Source: Podarcis pityusensis
Taxonomy: Eukaryota
DNA: 64,000 bases
Assembly: GCA_964106645.2 (NCBI GenBank)
Contig: OZ067043.1
Reading direction: 5' to 3' (one strand)
The position numbers and the translations under genes were made by a program. Within the stretch, counting starts at the first letter, position 1. Every line of letters starts with the position of its first letter. The notes beneath the pieces were generated by a model. That model had not been told where the DNA came from and searched no databases. It saw nothing but the letters and a program-made list of their open reading frames with translations. Shown here piece by piece: positions 1-12,498 of this stretch.

Positions 1-46
1 TATTGGTATGAGCTTTTGTGTGCATGCACACTTCTTTAGATAAATA
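1..46 (-). mobile_element. Penelope-like terminal repeat fragment with a degenerate minimal hammerhead core
   Basis: Minus strand reads CTAAAGA-A-GTGTGCATGCACAC-AAAAGCTCATACC, compared with the core CTGANGA-stem-GAAA. Confidence 0.6.
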
Positions 47-116
47 ACTAAAGAATGATTTTTTTTCATGCTGGGACATTTCAAGAAATGAGTTTTTAGC
101 ACTATAGAATTCATAC

Positions 117-812
117 ATGTGTGTGTGTTGTAAACAGATTGTGATACTCATGGAGATAAAGGATACACTATGGTGGTTCCATTGTCTCCGCCCAGTGAGG
201 GTATTTAAGGACGAAACAAGGAGGCAATTGGTCCCTTGCATAGAGTCAAAGCTAATGCGGATAAGGGAAACCAAGCTCAACACTAGAAACAGTAATTGCC
301 CGAAGAAAGAAAAGAACTCTGTAAGCCTAGAATTACAAGACCTGAAGAAGAGGCTAATGAGTATAAAGACTGAGATTTCTACCCAAAATATAAGGACAAT
401 AGAGCCTAGAGCACAATATTTAAAGACTGCCAACAGCTCTTTATCCCATAGAAAGACATCAGTGCAACTCCCTGTTCCCTTTTCAAATGACACCGAATTA
501 GATGAGGAATTTGGCGCCTCCAACATTTCTATGGCAACAACACCTAAAGAACTCTATGTTGCTGACAATCTAGAGATATCCAGCACCAAATCTACATCTG
601 GACCTTTGCCTAATGTTCCAAAAACTTATCAGAATGAGCAACCTTCTCTACTGTACTCCTGGCGAGACAGGATGGACAGATCTTCCGTATTCGAAGCTGG
701 CTCTTTGTTAGCCAGTGATCCACATTTTATAGCACATACCTCATTAATACTCCCACAGCCACAGATAGAACCAACAATCCTCCAATCAACCCAGGAGGGA
801 GAGGGGGATTGA
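117..812 (+). CDS. Putative L2 ORF1 C-terminal part (coiled-coil-like segment plus low-complexity region)
   Basis: 231-codon open frame ending 6 nt upstream of the ORF2 ATG, in the same frame; SLELQDLKKRLMSIKTEI is heptad-like. Confidence 0.55.
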   Translation: MCVCCKQIVILMEIKDTLWWFHCLRPVRVFKDETRRQLVPCIESKLMRIRETKLNTRNSNCPKKEKNSVSLELQDLKKRLMSIKTEISTQNIRTIEPRAQYLKTANSSLSHRKTSVQLPVPFSNDTELDEEFGASNISMATTPKELYVADNLEISSTKSTSGPLPNVPKTYQNEQPSLLYSWRDRMDRSSVFEAGSLLASDPHFIAHTSLILPQPQIEPTILQSTQEGEGD

Positions 813-3800
813 CAGTTAATGAAACACCATGGGACTGTCCTCCCCGCTTGGGGTGCGGTTGGTTGGGTTTTATCTTCTAGGGATACTTACCCTATCAAAC
901 CTCCACCTCTTCCCCATACCATTTTGACCCAGGAGTCCTGGCCCAAGGATGATTTGTTACTGAGGGGGTGTTACCCCTCTATTGGGGAGGCTAGTATGGG
1001 GTCTGGGATTTCCACTATTGAAGGGCTAGGGAGGAATGGCAGTGGGGCTAAAAATCTCTATCGGCGAAGGGTTTTGAGATGCAGTGATCCTCGAACCCCT
1101 TCCAATCTACGCCCCATCCCAAGGGATGAGGGTAGGGAGAGCAAGGATTACCCACCTCCGTCATTAGTGCTGTGCAATGCCAGGTCCATAGGCAACAAAA
1201 CCGCCACCATGCGTGACTTTTTTGTCTCACAGGGGATTGACCTGGCTTGCGTGACGGAGACCTGGATACGGGAAGGCGAAGTAGTCTCCCTACATGAGAT
1301 AACACCACTAGGTTTCTCTGTCCTCCATCAATCGCGGACTGTGGGTCGGGGGGGAGGAGTAGCGTTGTTAATCCGGGAGGATTGCTCTTTCAGAGCTCTG
1401 CCATCACCGGCGATCTCCGGCATTGAATGTGTTGGTCTCGTGTGGGGCACCAAGGAGAGCTTGGCTGTCTGGCTGGTGTACCGACCACCCAGCACACCGG
1501 CAGCCACCCTGTCAGACCTGCTGGAGGTGGTGGCAGGCTGGGCCTTGGAGTTCCCAAGCCTACTGGTTTTGGGACACTTCAACGTCCATGCCGATGCCGC
1601 TCCCTCCTCACAGGCTCTGGACCTAGTGACTTCCATGGCAACACTAGGGCTCTCCCAGTTTGTTTTGGGCCCCACTCATGAAGCAGGCCACACGCTGGAT
1701 CTGATCTTTGGGGCTGGCATAGATGTGATCATGCTCCCCCCTGTGGAAGTGCCATGGTCTGATCACTACGCTCTGAAAGCCAAGATTGACTTCCCGCTCC
1801 TCCCCTGCTCGGGTGTCGAACCTATTTGGGCTCGTCCGCGAAAACTGATGGATCCTGATAGATTCCAACAAGCCTTGCGGGACCCTGCTCCTCCTGGCGA
1901 CTCATTAGATGACCTTGTTGAGGACTGGAATAACCGGCTCTTGGCAGCCATTGATGAGATCGCGCCTAAGCGCCCTCTGCGACCCCGTCGAAACCAGGCC
2001 CCTTGGTTTACTGAGGTGCTCCGGAAAATGAAGCGGCATCTCAGAAGGCTAGAGCAAGTATGGCGACGGACTCGTGACGGAGCCTCAAGAACATCTTATA
2101 GGACGCTTATGAAAGCCTATGAGATGGCTATGAAAGCTGCTAAGAAATCTTACTTTGCAGCTTCCACTGCAGCCGCTAGCTCTCGCCCGGCACAACTTTT
2201 TAGAATAATTAGACCAATAACGTCCTTAGGAGGACAACCAAATTTAAGCACAAATTCGACCCACAGCTGTGAGGCATTCGCGAGCTTTTTTGCGGAGAAA
2301 GTCCTGTTGCTCCGCCGTGACCCTCCTGCCAATTTAGATACAGTGACTGAACTGGAGGCCCCTTGACTGACTTCAGGTCCAGTGTTGGACCATTTCGATC
2401 GAATACTCCCTGCTGATGTGGATAGATTCCTCCAAGTTGGTAGGCCCACCACCTGCCTCCTTGATCCGTGCCCGTCTTGGCTGATTAGGGAGTGTCCAGA
2501 TGTTGCGCGGGCCCCCCTGGTTGAAATTATCAATTTGTCCCTTGACACGGGGACATTCCCAGGGGAACTGAAGGAAGCAGTGGTATGTCCACTCTTAAAG
2601 AAAACTTCATTAGATCCCTTAGACCTATCCAATTACCGCCCAGTTTCAAATCTTCCATATCTGGGTAAGGTAATTGAGAGAGCGGTTGCTGAACAGCTTG
2701 GTAGGTTTCTGGAGGAAACATCGGCTTTAGATCCATTTCAGTCCGGTTTCCGTCCTGGTTTTGGGACCGAGACGGCTCTGGTTGCCCTAACAGACGATCT
2801 CCGTAGACAGCTGGATCGAGGCGGGTCAGGACTGGTGATCCTTTTAGATTTGTCAGCAGCCTTTGACATGGTTGATCATGATCTTCTGGACCACCGCCTC
2901 ACAGACGTGGGGATACAGGGTATAGCCCGTAACTGGCTGTGCTCTTTTATCTCTGGTCGGGGACAGAGGGTGGCACTAGGGAGGGAAATGTCATCGCGCC
3001 ACTCCTTGGTGTGTGGAGTGCCGCAGGGCGCAATCCTCTCCCCAATGCTTTTTAACATCTTTATGCTCCCCCTTGCCCAGATTATCCGGAGCTTTGGGCT
3101 GGGTTGTCACCAATATGCTGATGACACTCAGCTCTATCTGCTGATGGATGGCCACACCGACTCGGCCCCGAACACACTGACCAGATGCTTGGAAGCTGTG
3201 GCTGGATGGTTTCGTGGGAGCCGATTGAAACTAAATCCTTCGAAGACAGAGGTCCTATGGCTGGGTCGGGATGGCATGGGGATGAGGGACCAACTCCCTT
3301 CTCTTGTGGGAGCCCAATTAGTGCCATTGCCTTCCGTTAAGAGTTTGGGTGTAATCCTTGACGCCTCCCTTTCCATGGAGGCGCAAGTTACAGCAACAGC
3401 CAAGGCGACATTTTTCCACCTTCGCCGCATCAAGCAGTTGGTCCCTTACCTTTCCCGCCCCGACCTGGCCACAGTGATCCATGCGACGGTCATCTCCAGG
3501 CTTGACTACTGCAATTCACTCTATGCGGGGCTGCCCTTGAAGCTGTCCCAGAAACTCCAGCGGGTGCAGAATGCTGCAGCGAGGCTCCTCACGGGGTCTC
3601 TGCCATGGAAGCATATTCACCCAGTGCTTTTCAAGCTGCACTGGCTCCCGGTGGAGTACAGGATCAGATTTAAGGTGCTGCTTTTGACCTTTAACGCGCT
3701 TCATGGCCTAGGACCCTCGTACCTACGGGACCGCCTCTCCCGGTATGCCCCACGGAGAGCCTCAAGGTCCATAAATAGCAACACCCTAGTGGTCCCGGGC

Positions 3801-4187
3801 CCTAAGGAAGTTAGATTGGCTTCAACCAGAGCCAGGGCCTTTTCAACTCTGGCTCCGGTCTGGTGGAACGCTCTGCCTCATGGGACCAGGGCCCTGCAGG
3901 ATCTGATTTCTTTCCGCAGGGCCTGTAAGACAGAGTTGTTCCGCCTGGCCTTTGGCTTGGAGCCAATTTGATTCCCTCCCTCTCTTTCTTTTTTCTTTTC
4001 CTTCTCCTCCTGCAATGAGGCTACATTTTAATATTTTAATGTTTCAATATTTTAATGTTGTATTTTTAATTTTGTTTTTAAGTTGCAATCATTTAACTTT
4101 TTTTATTATTGCTTGTAAGCCACTCTGAGCCCGGCCTTGGCTGGGGAGGGCGGGGTATAAATAAAAATTATTATTATTATTATTATA
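130..4187 (+). mobile_element. L2-clade (CR1-group) LINE, young, 5'-truncated within ORF1; 5' boundary approximate
   Basis: APE endonuclease (CNARS, TETW, YRPP, TLDLIF, SDH), RT (QYADDTQLY), L2-type C-terminus (SRLDYCNSL, LHWLP), T-rich 3'UTR and (TTA)n tail at 4168-4186; CpGs retained. Confidence 0.93.
819..3971 (+). pseudogene. L2 ORF2 (endonuclease plus reverse transcriptase) interrupted by a single in-frame TGA at 2364-2366
   Basis: ORFs 819..2366 and 2382..3971 are in the same frame with no frameshift; the endonuclease GDFN motif reads GHFN. Confidence 0.9.
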
Positions 4188-4933
4188 TAACAGCACTACC
4201 CTAGGTGCCTCAACTGTAATTGACGTGTAAGTCCCTTGGCAGCAGACATTTTTAATGATGTCAATGCATACTTTCTTATTAATCTTCCTTGCTAGGGCTG
4301 TGTTGATCAGCAAATGATTATCATTCATTTTCCTGACAAATCTATCAAGGTCATTCATTATTGTTCCACACACAAAAAAAGAATCTTCTTTTAAACTAAG
4401 ATTAATGACTTGCTGTTTTGTTGTCAGGCTGGCTGAGCAAGAGGAAATGAAATTAACAATGAACCCCTACAAACATGTCACTACACTAATTTATTGGGGA
4501 AATATTTTAAAATGTTATCTGAAATATAGTGGGTTTAAAAAGAAAACCTGCTTCTATGGCACATTTTTAGTACTGTAAGCAAAAAAAACCTCTACAAATT
4601 TGAGGAAGATGGGCATCAGATTTGCAAATCACTTTTCATCTTTTATGCACTACTCCCTATAAATCCTAAATATATAGAGGAGTTAATAAGATGACTTTCT
4701 CACCAATTAAGGCATTCATCTTTATTACACTGCAATCCATTTTGTCCAACACCAAGAAAATCCTTCCATGCTCGTTCATTCAAATTTAAAAAGACTTTCA
4801 GCTGCTAGAGACCATTCAGATCAGATAATTACCTTCCATTTCCAGCCTGAAATCCTAAACTTTGTTCATATTGTTATACTGGCAAACTACAATGGCACAT
4901 TAAAAACAACACAGTATTCTGGGATGTTTTCTT

Positions 4934-5938
4934 TTCTTTTCTTTTTTAAAGATATTTATTAGAGTTTAAATATTACAAAAAAAAGAAAAGAGAAAAAGAA
5001 GAAATACAAGCAATAAACAATTACAAAACCTCAAAAACATAAGGAAATACAATAATACAAAACCTCAACAATATATCATAACATTAAAAGAAAAAGGGAA
5101 AAAAAGAAAAAACACCCTTAAAAAAAATAGGAGGAAAAAAGAGAAGAAAAAAGAACAAAAAAGAAAAACCCCGTATTTTCATATCCTTATCTTTCATTTG
5201 CTTATTTCCTCGACTTCCTCACACCTCCTTTTTTGTAGTCTAGTTCAATTGATTGTTCCAGCAAATCCTTTCCCTCTTTCTCAAATTTAGTTCCATAATT
5301 TATCTTAACGCAATTTAACCTTAAGTTTAACTTTTACCCATTGTCGGTCTATTCATACTTAATTCTTTATAACATTTCAACTAAAGTCGTATAACTTCTT
5401 TCCAGCATCCTTCTAACATTCATTAATTTTACAATGTTTCTGTAAATATACTTTACATTTTTTCCAGTCTTCTTCCACCGACTCTTCTCCCTGGTCTCGG
5501 ATTCTGCCAGTCATTTCCGCCAGTTCCATGTAATCCATCAGCTTCATCTGCCATTCTTCCTTGGTAGGTAGATCTTGTGTCTTCCAGTGCTTTGCGATAA
5601 GTATTCTTGCTGCTGTTGTGGCATACATGAAAAAAGTTCTGTCCTTCTTTGGCACCAATTGGCCTACCATGCCCAGGAGAAAGGCCTCTGGTTTCTTTAG
5701 AAAGGTGTATTTAAATACCTTTTTCATTTCATTATAAATCATCTCTCAGAATGCCTTAATCCTTGGGCATGTCCACCAAAGGTGAAAGAATGTACCTTCA
5801 GTTTCATTACATTTCCAACATTTATTATCGGACAAATGATAAATTTTTGCAAGCTTGACTGGTGTTATGTACCACCTGTAAATCATTTTCATTAAATTCT
5901 CTTTTAAGGCATTACATGCCGTAAACTTCATACCTGTG
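4934..5938 (-). mobile_element. L1-clade LINE 3' fragment (ORF2 C-terminus with Cys-rich knuckle, 3'UTR and A-rich tail)
   Basis: ORFs 5746..5931 and 5413..5742 are in the same frame, split by one TGA; CWKC..EGTFFHLWWTC motif; candidate TSD gttttctt at 4926-4933 and 5939-5946. Confidence 0.88.
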
Positions 5939-6222
5939 GTTTTCTTACAATGTTAGCAAGCACTAAATAGTATACGGCAGTAGTTTTCATAAAATAGTTG
6001 AAAAACTCTTTTGTAAGAATAGTTCCTTTGCTATGCAAATACAACTGGGGTGTGTGTGTGGCAGTGCTACACCACCACCTCATGTCAGGTGATGTCACAC
6101 AACCATGTACCTAGGAACCCTGGCCCACTCAGGTTTGTGAAACCTGTATGGGTGCTCAAAAATGTACATATTTTCATCTTACACACTTTGTGGTGGTAAC
6201 ACCAGTGTACATGCAGCAGAAA

Positions 6223-6607
6223 GGGGATGTGGGTGGCACTGTGGTCCAAACCACTTGAGCCTCTTTGGCTTGCCGATCAGAAGGTTGGCAGTTCAAATCC
6301 ACCCAACGGGGTGAGCTCCCATTGCTCTGTCCCACCTCCTGCCAACCTAGCAGTTCGAAAGCACACCAGTGCAATCAGATAAATAGGTATCTCTGTGGTG
6401 GGAAGGTAAACAGCGTTTCTGTGTGCTCTGGCTTCCGTCATGGTGTTCCATTGTGCCAGAAGCGGTTTAGTCATGCTGGCCACATCACCCAGAAAGCTGT
6501 CTGTGGCCAAAGCCCTCTCCCTCAGCCTGAAGTAAGATGAGTGCCGCATCCCGTGGTTGCCTTTGACTGGACTTAACTGTCCAGGGGTCCTTTACCGTTA
6601 CGTTTTA
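6223..6607 (+). mobile_element. Sauria SINE (Squam1), full length, long-body variant
   Basis: tRNA-like head (gtggcactgtggtc, gttcaaatcc), core gataaataggta...gggaaggtaaac, tail ggggtcctttacc. Confidence 0.9.
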
Positions 6608-9600
6608 CACACAGCTGCCATCCTTGTTTTGGAAAGTGTGGCACTCTGCTAAGGCAAGAATTCTCAAGTGCAGAAGTGTCGTCTTCTCAGTTTGGCACAG
6701 CTAAGGAGCTGGAAGTGAGTGGCAGAATCTCTCACTGTTGTTTAAAGGGCAGTTCCCACAAGTGGTCTGCTAACATGAGCGATATTACTGAGTGAACTGA
6801 GAGGTGACAAAATGCTACGTAGCTTTTGAAGAGCAATGGAAGCACTAGTGGGACCGAGGCAGTCACATTTCAGTAACTCAGTGCTGCTGAAACAGTTTAG
6901 CACAATGCGGTGGGGCAGGCAGCACTGTCCTTAAGTATTGGCCACACTGAAACTGTTACGCTAGAGTTCTCATTGTCCAGAAGAAGAGAAAATCGACCTC
7001 TGTACAAGCGAAAAGATGGTCCCTGGTGAGATGGTGATTCCCATCTACCATAGTCTGCATTTAAGCAAGGAGGTGCTGAAGAATGTGTATGATAGCTGCC
7101 AATGGAATTTATTCCAAGAGGTGGTTCCTCATCAACAGAGGCAAAAGCATTTTTCACTCTTTCTCTGTTGCCTGTGGGTTCAGTTCAAGCCATTTTGTAT
7201 TGTAACTGGGCAAGACTTCATTGTCCACTGGGTCATTCATCTTATCACAATGATAAGACTGGGTTTAAAACTCAGTCGGAAAAAAGCTACTCTACACATG
7301 TGTTACCACTGAAGTAGCAAGCAGACTTCAGAGATGTTGGGGCTTTTTACACAGAGGGCATAAGAGAAAGCACAAAACAACCCACACCAATTAAAAAAAA
7401 TTAAACTGTTTATATTGCTGTAACTGCCCTGGGATCTTCTAGTGATGGGCAGGTAATAAATCTAATGATGATAATAATATTCTGCATGTAAAAGTACAAA
7501 CAACTGCAGTACTCTTTAGAGGCTTCTGAAGATATTCTACTCTTCATACAAATAAACCACATAATTTTCTGCAGTGCTGAGACCTGCAGCAAATCAACTT
7601 GCTGAGCAAATATATTGCCCAAAGCTGCACTTTTTTTCAAAGAGAGACTCACTAGCTAAAGTCATGTAATTGCACAGAGACTTAACAGTGGTGTGGGAAA
7701 GGGAAGTTATGTCTCCAACACTTTTTAGGAGAGTATGTTTAATAGATGTTTATTAATTTTTCAAAAGTACAGAAAGGAGGAAGGCTTATCCTTTGCTATC
7801 TAGAGGCACAGGAAATGGGAAGAAACAAAGACAACTTTCTTTTAAAAATTACAGCTTGAATGTGGAGAAAAATACCGCTAGAAATATCTCAAGATATTTT
7901 ATTCCAGTTTTTGCTGTGAATTGGTGGAGCTCCCTTGTTAGCAAATTAATGGAAACTCAAGCCACTTCTTTGGAATAACGTAACTACTGTTACGCCTTTT
8001 TGTTGCTTAAAATGGGAGTCGTAAGGGAACCTTCAGCAATGAGTCCTGATCACTTACACGTGGGACTTGCAATCGTTTCTGTTGGTGCAACCGTTTACAA
8101 CTGATGGGGACAGAAGCACTGTGTTGGAAGCGCCAGCAAACCACCATTTTAGTTTTTTTGTTATCCTACAGCCATCATCTCTGAAGATTTACAGACAGGC
8201 ATAAAACAGATTACTGTTATAATTTCTTAGCGTCTGCAGGGCTAAAAAGTTTGGAGAACTTTAAAGCTTATTCGAGAGAGAGTGAACTGAAGCTTTGTTT
8301 AATATCGAGAAAAGGGAGGTGGCAGAAACTCAGCTTTTAACTTAAAAGCTTTGTTTTTCTAGTTGCCTTCTGACATTCATTTGCAGCGAGCCACACGTTT
8401 AAGTGCCTTGCTATTTGATCCTCCAAATTCAGTGGAATGGGAATGTGTTTAGGCAGTATTAGCTCTGCATCGTGCTTTTGTGCAGTGTATGCACATCTTG
8501 AGATCTCAGAGTCTGCACTGGAAGAGGCCAAATGGGCCACCATTACCAGCATCTCTGGGAGGAGACCAAAGGTAGCCAAAGCAGAATGCAACATGAGTAT
8601 ACCATATTCCAGGCCTTCTAAAAGCTCATCCAGATATCCCACATTTTTCTTGATGGTTACTGTAGTGCTCAATATGTAGCAAAGGAAGAACCCTAGAAAG
8701 GCAGATCTTGGGGTTTTTTAGTGTATGGCTTCCAAAGGCCTTGAAGCTTTCTCAGCCATGTGGACTAACAAAGATGAGCATCATTGGGAACACCCGAGGT
8801 AAAAGGGCTGTGGATTAGAAGCACTGAAACATAGCATTCAGTCTCCAAAATTAGTGGTGCTGAGTGGTGGTTTCATTCCTGCACCAATGGCTATGCTGTC
8901 CTTTCAACGGCTTTGTTTAGGAATGGATTTTTAATCAGCAGATGGAACATGATCAAAGCCATGATGATAAATAAACTGCCTCCAATGGTGAAAATTTCAG
9001 CAAGGGAAACTTTTAACTTTCACGAAGACAAAAGACATCTGCTATCTTCTCTGTTTAAATCTCATCAAGGTATATAGAGCAGCACAGCAATTTAGAATCC
9101 ATGCAACTTTCCAAATAGTATCTTAATCTCCAGCCCTTATTTCTGGTGTTAACAATAGAACATTCATTCACTTTTATACACTAAGCACAAGGCATAATTA
9201 AGAAAGCAACTCTCGTGTGTATGCTAAGCCCCTGCCTTGATTGGCCAAATTATCTTAGATTATTTAGAATGCAAGACCCTGGAGCATCCTCCAGCAGTTT
9301 TTGTGTTTCTTTGCTATTTTATCTTCTGACAAGTTTCCCAAAATAGAAGAATGGGGTACAGTACAGTCGAGTTGCATTGCAGCCAAGATACTGCCTACAC
9401 AAATGCCAGGGAGAGAAGCTAAATGAACCCCGAGCATATGGTGCTCTGCTGACAGAGCTAAGAAACCAGTTCTGCATGAGCAGCGAGGAACATCTTGAAG
9501 CACACAAGACATATGTGTTTTAGGGAAAAGATTGAAGTGTTTCATAATAGAAAAGGACAAAGTGAAATACAAGTGCTGCATAAAATTTTAATTAAAAACT

Positions 9601-12255
9601 GGTTTCACCCTTCAACGTGACTAGGCAATATGCTTCACAGATGGATTTCGTATTTTAAGTATTATCCGCACCAAAAAAGTAAATGAGACAAATAAAGTCT
9701 TCAAAAATGCCACAGAGGCTAAGATGTATGTAAACACTAGATGATTGTGCAGAAAACAAGGCAGGCAAGGAAAGCAACCTTCTGTCAAATGTTTACTGCT
9801 GGAGAGTGGAGAAAGCCAGTTCACACAATTGCAGCCTTTGAATACTTTCATCCTGCTGAAGTCTTTCCCCACCCCAGGAGAGGGCCAACTCACAACTGCC
9901 CTGTATTAATTTTATGCCACACAGATTAAAATGGCAGCTGACAAATTAAAATATATCTGCCTATGAAGACTGAGTTCAGAACTGTAAAAATACAGAACCT
10001 TCAATATTAACACTGAACCAATTCAGTTTAATTTCTTGTTTGATACTATCTAGAAACTTATTCTCAACCTCAGTGAAATTGGTATATTTACCTGTTTCCT
10101 TAAGAGTGATGTATATGGAAAGAACGCTACTGTTGCAACCTAAAATTCATGATTCCTGAGGTACAAACACCAAATATGATTCTTTCTGGATAGCAATCTG
10201 CACAAAAAGTAAAGTGTGAAAAAAACGTAACAAGCAAGGATGGAGCTTTAAGGGAGCTCAGGAGTAATAGTCCAAGACGTAGGGTCAAAAAACACACGTC
10301 ACAAAAGGTTATGGGTATCTAGACATCTTACAAAAGTCATGGCATTCCCAAAACTTCCAGTCTAATGAGCAACCACTGGGGTGTCTAGCTGGTAACAGCC
10401 TCTCCAGCTCCCTTTGTGGAATAAGTAATTATTACATCAAGAAGGTACATGGATGAAACAACCTGTATCTGTTGGGGAATCACACACACAATTTCAAACT
10501 ACCAATCTGACTGATTTTGTTGGGTTTCTTTAAAAAATAAACTATTTTTAGATCAATGGGTATAGATCTTTTAAAAAACAACAAGAAAAAAAAACAAGGG
10601 TGAAATGCCTCCAAAAAGGGGCAATAGGGACTGTTAATTACACAACTGCTACAAGGCTGAAACAGGTACCACCTGATAGAAACCAAATTCCTGCGTCATA
10701 AACCCCCACTCTATTATTTTATATCAGGCCAATCCCAGATCAGAAAATGTAATTTAACAATTTCCACTGTACTAAATTGGAACTATGTAAGTCAATTCTC
10801 AGACTGTGAACTGCCTTAGCATTTATTTCCCCAATCCTGCCAAGCCAAATTCGATTGGTGGGCAGTCACCTGCCAGCAAAATGACATCAGATGATGCTAT
10901 GCTTTGAAGCCACAATTGTTGGGGTTTCAAAGCACAGCGTGGTTTGTTTGAAAGTCCTTTTGCAAACAGCCCCATACTGCTCTTTCAACATCTGACAATG
11001 AGAGGGTCAAAGAAAAGTGCATGGCAGCTGGAAAAGGGGATTTCAAACCAAGAGTCTTGGTGCACCACAGAAAAAAACCAAGGTTGACTAAGGGGAGAAA
11101 TGGAAACAAGACAATATGCCAGTGTTTAGAATCAGGAGTGAGGAAATAAAATCAGCCTGCAGTTTACATTCCTTCATGGGCAACCTTTTCAGAGTTGGAT
11201 ACCAATGGCAAAAGTTGGTGGAGAAATTGATCTAACACTTACCTTTGCATATTAGGCTACATTCCTGCCACATGAATACCTGAGGTTTCACACACAACAC
11301 ACATCCATCCTCCATTAAGACAAGCAAGGGCACAGTTCAAGGACACATTCCAGCCTAGCAAAAGTGTTCAAGGACAGCACAGTATAAAGTTGGTCAGTAG
11401 CCTGGGGCAGGGTCCTGAGAGCCTGATAGAGAGGCTTCAAGAGCTGCATTTGACCCAGGGCCTGAGGTTCGCATCCCATGCTCAAAGTTCCAGCTTCTTA
11501 ACAGTGTTCCAGTAAAAATCTTCCTAGCACTTAACAAGAGTGCTGCTTTCCTACCTCTCCAGAATATAATAGAATGTGCATGCCTAATTTTCTCTTCCAG
11601 TAGGAGCTGTGCAAAGTTAAACTCAAACCATCAGTACAAGCAGACCATGTAAGTTTCAAACTGAAAGAACTAATAAAAGGAAACTTGGGAATCTTTGGCT
11701 CATTTATTTATTGTGATGAATAGCCTAAACTTCTCCCCACTTCTGTTACTAGGTAAGATTTCAGCGTCTTTGTGCTTTAGGAGAGGACTTCACACTTTTG
11801 TCTCCATTAACTGAAAGTCAATGCTCAAGTAATTAATGTCTAAGGCATTTTAAGAGTTCTGCATAACTTTTCCTTCCTAACTTTACTAAAAACCTTTTTC
11901 CTTCCTAACATTATTTAAAAAAAAACCTTTTGTTGCTTGCAGTACAAAAACATTCTAACAACTTCACAGCTGTCTAATGCATTTACAATTGCTAGAGGAG
12001 CACCACATTGCTTTAACATACGTCAGGTAAGTCACTCAGAAATGCAGGGACTCCCCAAAATTGTGATAGTCTTTAACTATCCATATTTTAAATGTTTGCT
12101 AGCATATCATCAGATGTTCTAGCAATTATCATGGCCACTATGATACATTATTCTTGAGCCAGAAAAAGCAAGTAAGCAACTGAACCTGGTCATCAGATTT
12201 AAAGAGAACCAATCAATATTTTAAAAGTCTAGCTCACTCAAGACCAAGGCCAATA

Positions 12256-12498
12256 CAGTTGTACCTCCGCTTACGTATCCCTCCAGTTACGTAAACTTCA
12301 GGATACGTAAGCGGCAAACCCAGAAGTGTATTTCCGGCTTTTTGCCCAGAGCCCAGCGCAGAAGTGGTAGACAACTTCTGTGCATGCATAGAAGCGCTCT
12401 ACCGCCATGTGCGCGGAAGCAGTCTCTCCGGTTGTGAAAACCTTGGGATCCGGCCGGACCTCCAGAACGGATCCCGTCTGCAACAGGAGGTACCACTG
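12256..12498. mobile_element. Tc1/mariner (Tigger-like) MITE
   Basis: TIRs cagttgtacctcc / ggaggtaccactg with a TA target duplication. Confidence 0.85.

Noticed and set aside
1048-3704. Many short overlapping ORFs on both strands
   Set aside because: They are shadow frames of the GC-rich L2 ORF2.
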